A stretch of 12,191 nt of DNA from Myxococcota bacterium. GTDB lineage: Bacteria > Myxococcota > JACRCW01. The stretch covers positions 1-12,191 of the forward strand of contig JBFMGU010000306.1 in NCBI GenBank assembly GCA_040752415.1, read 5' to 3'. Both the position numbers and the translations under genes were made by a program. This document shows positions 7,225 through 12,191 of the stretch, one piece after another; within the stretch, counting starts at the first letter, position 1, and every line of letters begins with the position of its first letter. The notes beneath the pieces were generated by a model, which made no database searches, was not told where the DNA came from, and was given only the letters and a program-made list of their open reading frames with translations.

Positions 7225-8838
7225 TTACCGACGCTGCCGCGCACGCCCCCGCGCCGGCTCATCCACCACCGCGCGGAAACGCAGCTTGTGCCGGAACACC
7301 TTCTCGAACAGCTCGGCCTTCTCGCTGGCGGCCCAGACCTCCATGTCGGGCGCCGCGCTGGCGGTGATACTGACCACCACTTCGTCGTCGGTGATGGACA
7401 CCTTGAGCTGGTTCACCAGGTGGTGATGGCTGCGGTCCAGGGCCGCCGACACGCGCAGCAACGCCGCCAGCGTGCGCACGCGCTTGCGGTCATTGCGCGC
7501 CAACACCGCCCACTCCGGGTGATGCGACCCCGGTCGACCCTTGCGGTGGTAGCGCGTGATCGCCGCCAGGCGCAGGCGTCCCGCGTCGGAGAAACCGGGC
7601 AGCTCGCTGTTGGCAATCAGGTACGCGCCGTGGAGGTGGTGCCGGTCATAGGAGACAAAGTGGCCGAGGTCGTGCAGCAGCGCGGCCACCTCCAGCTCGC
7701 AGCGTGCGTCGTCGCCCAGCTCATGCAGCGCGCGGGTCCCCTCGAAGAGGCTGCACGCCAGCGCGGCCACCTGGGACGCGTGCGGCTCGTCTACCTGGTA
7801 GCGCCGCGCCAGCGCCAACGCGCCCTCCACGCGCACGCGCTCCGGCTCGGTGGGGAACGGCAGCGCCATGCCCAGGCTCTCCACCGCCTCCATCAGGAGC
7901 CCCTCCTTGAGCCCGCGCCCGGTCACCTCCACCGTCTTCGCCCCGACGGTGCGCGCCACTTCCAGCAACGCCAGGCCCCCGCCCACGATGATGTCCGCCC
8001 GACGAGGATCCAGGTGCGGCAAGGCGCGACGCTTGACCATGGGCAGCTTCGCCATGCGCTCCACCACCTCCTCCATCTCGTCGAGGTCGATGGCCGGCGG
8101 GCCCTTGCCGCCGCTGGCCACCTGCCAGAGCGCCTGGATGGTGCCCGCGGTCCCCAGCACGCGCGCCTTGGAGCCCGCGCTGAAGGTGAGCACGCTGCGC
8201 GCCGTGGCCCGGGCATGCGCGCGCAACAGCTCCATCTCCGTGGCGGTGGGCGGGTCGGTGCGCAGGAACATCTCGGAGAGGCGCACCGCGCCCAGCTTGA
8301 GGCTGGCCACGTCGGTGATGACGCCGTCGGTGGCGCGCGCAACCTCCACGCTGCCCCCGCCCACGTCCAGCACCACGATGTCCCCCGCGGCATCCGGCAG
8401 GCCCGCCAGCACGCCGCGCGCAATCAGCCGCGCCTCCTCGCGCCCGGTGAGGATCTGCAGGTCCACGCCGGTGAGCTCCCGGATGCGCTGGATGAACAAC
8501 CCCGCGTCCTCCGCCTCCCGCAGCGCGCACGTTCCCCGTGCATGGAGCCGCTGCACGCCCCGCGCGCGCGCCACCGCGGTGAGTCTTCGCATGGCCTGCG
8601 CGGCGCGCTCGGCCGCCAGCGCGTTGAGCTGCCCGGTCTGGAAGACGGCCTCGCCCAGGCGCACCGGCTCGCGCTCCTCCGCCAGCACGCGCGGCGGCAG
8701 GCCGGGCACGTATTCCGCCACCACCAGGCGGACGCTGTTGGATCCCAGGTCAATGACGCCAACAGTGGGGCCACCGCCGGGTTGCGTGGCGCGCTCGGTG
8801 GGAAAGCTGGGGGCGAGGCTGAGGGTGGGTCGGGACAT
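7225..8838 (-). CDS. ppx: Exopolyphosphatase / guanosine pentaphosphate phosphohydrolase (Ppx/GppA) with C-terminal HD domain, 537 aa
   Basis: RBS AGGAG before ATG 8838. Motifs VIDLGSNSVRLVV, GTCALREA, ILTGREEARLI, LDVGGGSVE, GTAGT, RRADIIVGG and GLKEGLL; HD domain HASQVA, AALLHDLG...HHLHGAYLI...LPGF, RYHRK, LLR...ALDRSH. Confidence 0.93.
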   Translation of the reverse strand: MSRPTLSLAPSFPTERATQPGGGPTVGVIDLGSNSVRLVVAEYVPGLPPRVLAEEREPVRLGEAVFQTGQLNALAAERAAQAMRRLTAVARARGVQRLHARGTCALREAEDAGLFIQRIRELTGVDLQILTGREEARLIARGVLAGLPDAAGDIVVLDVGGGSVEVARATDGVITDVASLKLGAVRLSEMFLRTDPPTATEMELLRAHARATARSVLTFSAGSKARVLGTAGTIQALWQVASGGKGPPAIDLDEMEEVVERMAKLPMVKRRALPHLDPRRADIIVGGGLALLEVARTVGAKTVEVTGRGLKEGLLMEAVESLGMALPFPTEPERVRVEGALALARRYQVDEPHASQVAALACSLFEGTRALHELGDDARCELEVAALLHDLGHFVSYDRHHLHGAYLIANSELPGFSDAGRLRLAAITRYHRKGRPGSHHPEWAVLARNDRKRVRTLAALLRVSAALDRSHHHLVNQLKVSITDDEVVVSITASAAPDMEVWAASEKAELFEKVFRHKLRFRAVVDEPARGRARQRR

Positions 8839-9014
8839 GGGCGGCTCCTGGCACCGTGCGGCGCTTGTCCACGCGGGGGCGCGCAGCATGTGCGTGGTTG
8901 GAGCAACGGGTCAGCGCCCAGGCGCATGCCCGCGCCCACGCATCCCTCGCTCCGTGCGGACGGAAGAACGGTGGGTGGCGCGGGTGAACCCCGGCGGGGA
9001 AGGACGTGGAACGG

Positions 9015-9761
9015 TCAGAGCGCGGCGTGCTCGACGTTCTCGTCGGGAGCGTGCGCGGGCCAGGTGCCCGTCACCAGGTAGCTCTTCAGCGGCTCAAAGC
9101 TCCTGCGGTGATGCACCGTGGGTCCGTGCGCGCGCAGCGCCGCCAGGTGCTCGGCGGTGGCGTAGCCCTTGTGGCGCGCGAAGCCGTAGGCGGGCAGCTC
9201 CACGTCGAGCGTGCGCAGCATCTCGTCGCGGTGCTCCTTGGCCAGGATGCTGGCCGCGGCCACCGCCGCGCAGGTGGCATCTCCGTCGACGAGCGGGCGC
9301 TGCAGACCGCGCCAGTTGGGGATGCACTCCCGCCCATCCACCACCACCAGGCAGCTCTGCCCTCCCGCCATGGCCACCGCCGCGGTCACCGCGCGATGCA
9401 TGGCCAGCAGCGAGGCGGGCAGGATCCCCAGCGTGTCAATCTCCTCGACGCTGCAGGCGGCCACCGCGTGCCCCAGCGCCGCCGCGCGGATGGGCGCCAG
9501 CAGCTCGGCGCGTTGCTCGTGCGTGAGGATCTTGCTGTCGGCCACCTTGGGAAAACGCTGGCCCACGGAGACCACCACCGCGCCGGCCACCACCGGCCCC
9601 GCCAAGGGACCGCGCCCCACCTCGTCGACGCCGCACAGCAGCTCCAGCTCGGCGGAGCGCGCCCAACGGATGCCCGGGTCGGAGCGGGTGACGGTCAACA
9701 CGCCGCCCAGCGTCAGCTGCTTGGGACGCGCGCGGGCCTTCGCCTTCCGCACCTTGCTCAT
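9015..9761 (-). CDS. rnhB: Ribonuclease HII, 248 aa
   Basis: Motifs GVDEVGRGPLAGPVVAGAV, DSK, EIDTLGI..A...AM.RA, VVDG, GDATC..VAAASILAK..RD, YGFARHKGYAT..H and HHRRSF. ATG at 9761 overlaps the upstream stop (ATGA, 9758-9761); the track's longer N-terminus overlaps the upstream gene out of frame. Confidence 0.95.
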   Translation of the reverse strand: MSKVRKAKARARPKQLTLGGVLTVTRSDPGIRWARSAELELLCGVDEVGRGPLAGPVVAGAVVVSVGQRFPKVADSKILTHEQRAELLAPIRAAALGHAVAACSVEEIDTLGILPASLLAMHRAVTAAVAMAGGQSCLVVVDGRECIPNWRGLQRPLVDGDATCAAVAAASILAKEHRDEMLRTLDVELPAYGFARHKGYATAEHLAALRAHGPTVHHRRSFEPLKSYLVTGTWPAHAPDENVEHAAL

Positions 9762-11992
9762 AGCTGGATGCTCGGGTCCGCCCCTTCCGCCAGCGTGGGC
9801 TTGGGACAGAAGTGCACCACCTGGCAGATGGAGCCCAGGAACTGGATCATCTTGGCCAGCAGCGGGTGCTTCACGTCGGGGATGGTGGCAAACCAGCTGT
9901 CCATCACCGCCGGCGTGGGCTGCTTGCGGCCAAACGTCTCGATGATGGTCATCTTCACGCTGAGGTACGCCAGGTCCTGGTCCTGCGGCGACATGGTGGC
10001 GAACGGCGTGGGCTTTCCCGCCGCGTCGATGGCGGCCAGGTCCCCGGTGTCGGTGAAGGTCACCGAGGCGTAGCGACGGTCGCTCAGCGCGGTGAGGTAC
10101 TGGCTGGTGCGCGGCTGCAAGAGCGTCCCCACCTGCTCCATGGGGAGATGGAAGAGGTCCAGCGCGGCCTTCATCATCTGCACCACCGCGTCCGCGCCGC
10201 CGCCCGGCGGGCCCGCGAAGCCCGGCGGGAAGCCAAAGCCACCCGGCATGCCCGGCGCGGGGAAGCCTCCGGTGGGCGGTCCGCCCGAGCCCACGGCCCA
10301 CCGCGGCTCGCCGTGCCCGTCGGGGTCCACCATGGCGTACGGCGCCTCGTCGTCGTCCCCGTGGTAACCGCTCAGCCGTCCGCCGCCCACCCCGCCGCCG
10401 CTGGTCACCGGGCCGCCGTAGCCGCGGTCGTAGCCCAGCGTGCCACCGGCCCCGCCCGCCTCCCCGCCCAGCTCCGCCTCCAACTGCTTCTCCTCCTCGA
10501 GGAGGTCGCGCTCGTTGCCGCTGAAGCCCATGGACTGCAGCTTGGCCTCCAGGTCCGCCTGCCGCGACATCAGCGCCGCGAACTCCTCCGGCTTGGCCCC
10601 CGGCCCGATGGCCGCCTGCGCCGCCTCCAGCTCCCGCTGCTTCTCCTCCAGGATGCGGCGCTTCTCGTCGCGCTGCAGCACCTGGTCGCGGAAGGCGTCC
10701 AGCTCCTTGGCGTCCTTGATGTCGAACTCCGCCAGGATGCGACGCGTGTTGCTGGTGTCCAGGTCAAACCGGCGCTGCGCCTTCTCCTTCTTCTCCGCCG
10801 CGCCCTTGGCGTTGCCCTGCAGGTCGGAGCGCTCCTCGAGGAGGTTGATGTACTGCAGCAGCGAGTAGGCCACCGCGCCCAGCCCCACGAGGTGCAGGAA
10901 CGCGAAGTAGCGCCAGCCCGGTCCCGAGGCCATGGCGCCGCCCACCGCCACCAGCAGCGCCACCACCGTCCCGCCCAGGCCGCCCAGGAACACCTTGTCC
11001 TTGTAGACCGGGGGGATCTCCAGGTTGTGCGCGCGGGTCAGCGCGTTGCGAGCCTCCTCGTCCGCCTTCTTGAAGTCGTCGTGGAGGGCGTGGAGCTGCT
11101 TCTCGTAGAGGTCCAGCTGGCGCAGCACGTCGGGGGGCAGCTTCTCCAGGTGCTCGAAGACCCGCAGCGCCTCGGCGGCCTCCGCCACCGCGGTCTCCAC
11201 GCCCTTCAGCGGGCGCAGCGCCTCCTCCAGCTCAAAGCGACGACGCTGCACGCCGTCCAGCTCGAACTCCAGCTCCTGCTGCACCTTGAGGTTCTTCAGC
11301 GCGCCCTTCACCGCCGCCAGGCGCTGCTGCTTCTCGGCGGTGCTCAGGTGCGCGAAGTTGAGCTTGCCCGGCTGCGGCGGCTGCGGCGCGCCCGGCATCC
11401 CCGGCATCCCCGGCGCCATGCCCGGCATCATCCCCGGCATCATGGTCATCATGCCGGTCATCCCGGGCACCATGCCCGGCACCATCCCCGGCATCATGGT
11501 CATCATGCCGGTCATCCCGGGCACCATGCCCATGGGCGCGGCGCGACGGGACGGAAGCTCCGCGGCGGGCGAGGCGAAGATCTTCACGAACGCGTCGGTG
11601 GGCGGGAGACCCAGCTGCGTCTTGAGGAGCTGCGCCACCTCCTGCGGGTTGGAGCTCACCAGGTCAAAGGCGTTGCTGCCGTCGGGGCGCGCGCGGTGCA
11701 GGGCGTAGGCGCCGCTCTTGAGGTCGTGGATGAGGCGGTAGGTGGCGCCGTCGCGGCCCTTGATGGTGGCGCCCACGCGGGAGGCCGGCGCGGCGGGGTC
11801 CACCACGCGCTCCGCGTAGGAGCGGGCCGGGTCAAAGGTCAGCAGGCCGCGGACGGCGTCGGCCAGGATGGCCAGGCGCGCGCCGCTGGGATCCTTGGCG
11901 TCCAGCAGGGCGTTGTTGCCGGCGCCCAGGCCAATCCGTCGCTGCTCGGGGAACTGCTTGATCCCCTGAACCACCAATTCGACCACTTGCAT
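9758..11992 (-). CDS. SMC/Rad50/YhaN-like coiled-coil protein with central TM hairpin and degenerate split ABC-ATPase head, 744 aa
   Basis: The N-terminus MQVVELVVQGIKQF...I.L..G.N.L matches the first strands of Rad50/SbcC-type heads. Two coiled coils flank two hydrophobic helices (VFLGGLGGTVVALLVAVGGAMA; YFAFLHLVGLGAVAYSLLQYI). The C-terminus YLTALSDRRY...MSPQDQDLAYLSVK...PAVMDSWF...QVVHF aligns with the YhaN-type C-terminal head (LS.G..DQ.YLA.R...P.ILDDPF...Q.I.FT). Confidence 0.7.
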   Translation of the reverse strand: MQVVELVVQGIKQFPEQRRIGLGAGNNALLDAKDPSGARLAILADAVRGLLTFDPARSYAERVVDPAAPASRVGATIKGRDGATYRLIHDLKSGAYALHRARPDGSNAFDLVSSNPQEVAQLLKTQLGLPPTDAFVKIFASPAAELPSRRAAPMGMVPGMTGMMTMMPGMVPGMVPGMTGMMTMMPGMMPGMAPGMPGMPGAPQPPQPGKLNFAHLSTAEKQQRLAAVKGALKNLKVQQELEFELDGVQRRRFELEEALRPLKGVETAVAEAAEALRVFEHLEKLPPDVLRQLDLYEKQLHALHDDFKKADEEARNALTRAHNLEIPPVYKDKVFLGGLGGTVVALLVAVGGAMASGPGWRYFAFLHLVGLGAVAYSLLQYINLLEERSDLQGNAKGAAEKKEKAQRRFDLDTSNTRRILAEFDIKDAKELDAFRDQVLQRDEKRRILEEKQRELEAAQAAIGPGAKPEEFAALMSRQADLEAKLQSMGFSGNERDLLEEEKQLEAELGGEAGGAGGTLGYDRGYGGPVTSGGGVGGGRLSGYHGDDDEAPYAMVDPDGHGEPRWAVGSGGPPTGGFPAPGMPGGFGFPPGFAGPPGGGADAVVQMMKAALDLFHLPMEQVGTLLQPRTSQYLTALSDRRYASVTFTDTGDLAAIDAAGKPTPFATMSPQDQDLAYLSVKMTIIETFGRKQPTPAVMDSWFATIPDVKHPLLAKMIQFLGSICQVVHFCPKPTLAEGADPSIQL
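11416..11531. repeat. 54-bp in-frame tandem duplication (about 2.15 copies) encoding a Met/Gly/Pro-rich repeat
   Basis: 11416-11469 and 11470-11523 are identical at 53/54 positions, with a partial third copy to 11531. Encodes GMVPGMTGMMTMMPGM(V/M)P twice and is followed by PGM repeats. Confidence 0.9.
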
Positions 11993-12029
11993 GGGCCGGA
12001 CCCCGAAGCACGCAGAAACGTCGCGGCTC

Positions 12030-12059
12030 ACCGTAGGGTTGGCCCGCGAGCGGGGTCAA
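12030..12059 (-). promoter_or_regulatory. Candidate sigma70-type promoter for the SMC-like gene/rnhB unit
   Basis: The minus strand reads TTGACC (12059-12054), an 18-nt spacer, then TACGGT (12035-12030), about 40 nt upstream of ATG 11992 within the intergenic gap. Confidence 0.4.
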
Positions 12060-12074
12060 GGCGGGCTGTGTCGC

Positions 12075-12191
12075 CTATTTCCCGCCGTGACCTCCCTTTT
12101 TCTGCACCGGCTTCTGCTGCGGCTTGGTGTTCTGCGCGGGCTTGTTGGGCTGGGCAGGCTGGGGCGAGGGCTGGGCCCGGGCGGGGCTGCT
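12075..12191 (-). CDS. 3' end of an upstream gene (partial; Pro/Gln/Lys-rich tail), product unknown
   Basis: Open minus-strand frame from the window edge: SSPARAQPSPQPAQPNKPAQNTKPQQKPVQKKGGHGGK*, stop TAG at 12077-12075, mostly G/C-ending codons. Confidence 0.55.
   Translation of the reverse strand, partial: SSPARAQPSPQPAQPNKPAQNTKPQQKPVQKKGGHGGK

Noticed and set aside
6916..9081. 721-aa (6916..9081) and 558-aa (7850..9526) plus-strand ORFs
   Set aside because: Antisense shadows of ppx and rnhB, typical of high-GC DNA; no recognisable motifs, while the minus-strand genes carry full family signatures.
9762..10301. N-terminal 180-aa extension of the RNase HII ORF in the track
   Set aside because: It overlaps the upstream gene in another frame; ATG 9761 with an ATGA overlap is the more plausible start.

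Overview
High-GC bacterial DNA, probably Myxococcota (inferred from the GGVVGG-repeat TonB, the exbB-exbD-exbD layout and codon style). The left half (+ strand) is a compact operon: TonB-dependent outer-membrane transporter, tonB, exbB, exbD, exbD. The right half (- strand, converging on it) reads in transcription order: the 3' end of an upstream gene; a membrane-anchored SMC/Rad50/YhaN-like coiled-coil protein with degenerate ABC-ATPase motifs; RNase HII (rnhB), translationally coupled to it; a canonical cytoplasmic Ppx/GppA exopolyphosphatase with an HD domain; a 61-bp inverted-repeat (REPIN-like) element; and a divergent Ppx/GppA-fold lipoprotein with apyrase (NTPDase)-like motif variants. 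Main hypothesis (inference): the exported phosphatase, the cytoplasmic Ppx and the TonB-dependent importer form a system that scavenges extracellular or prey polyphosphate or nucleotides. All assignments come from reading motifs by eye; no database searches were run.
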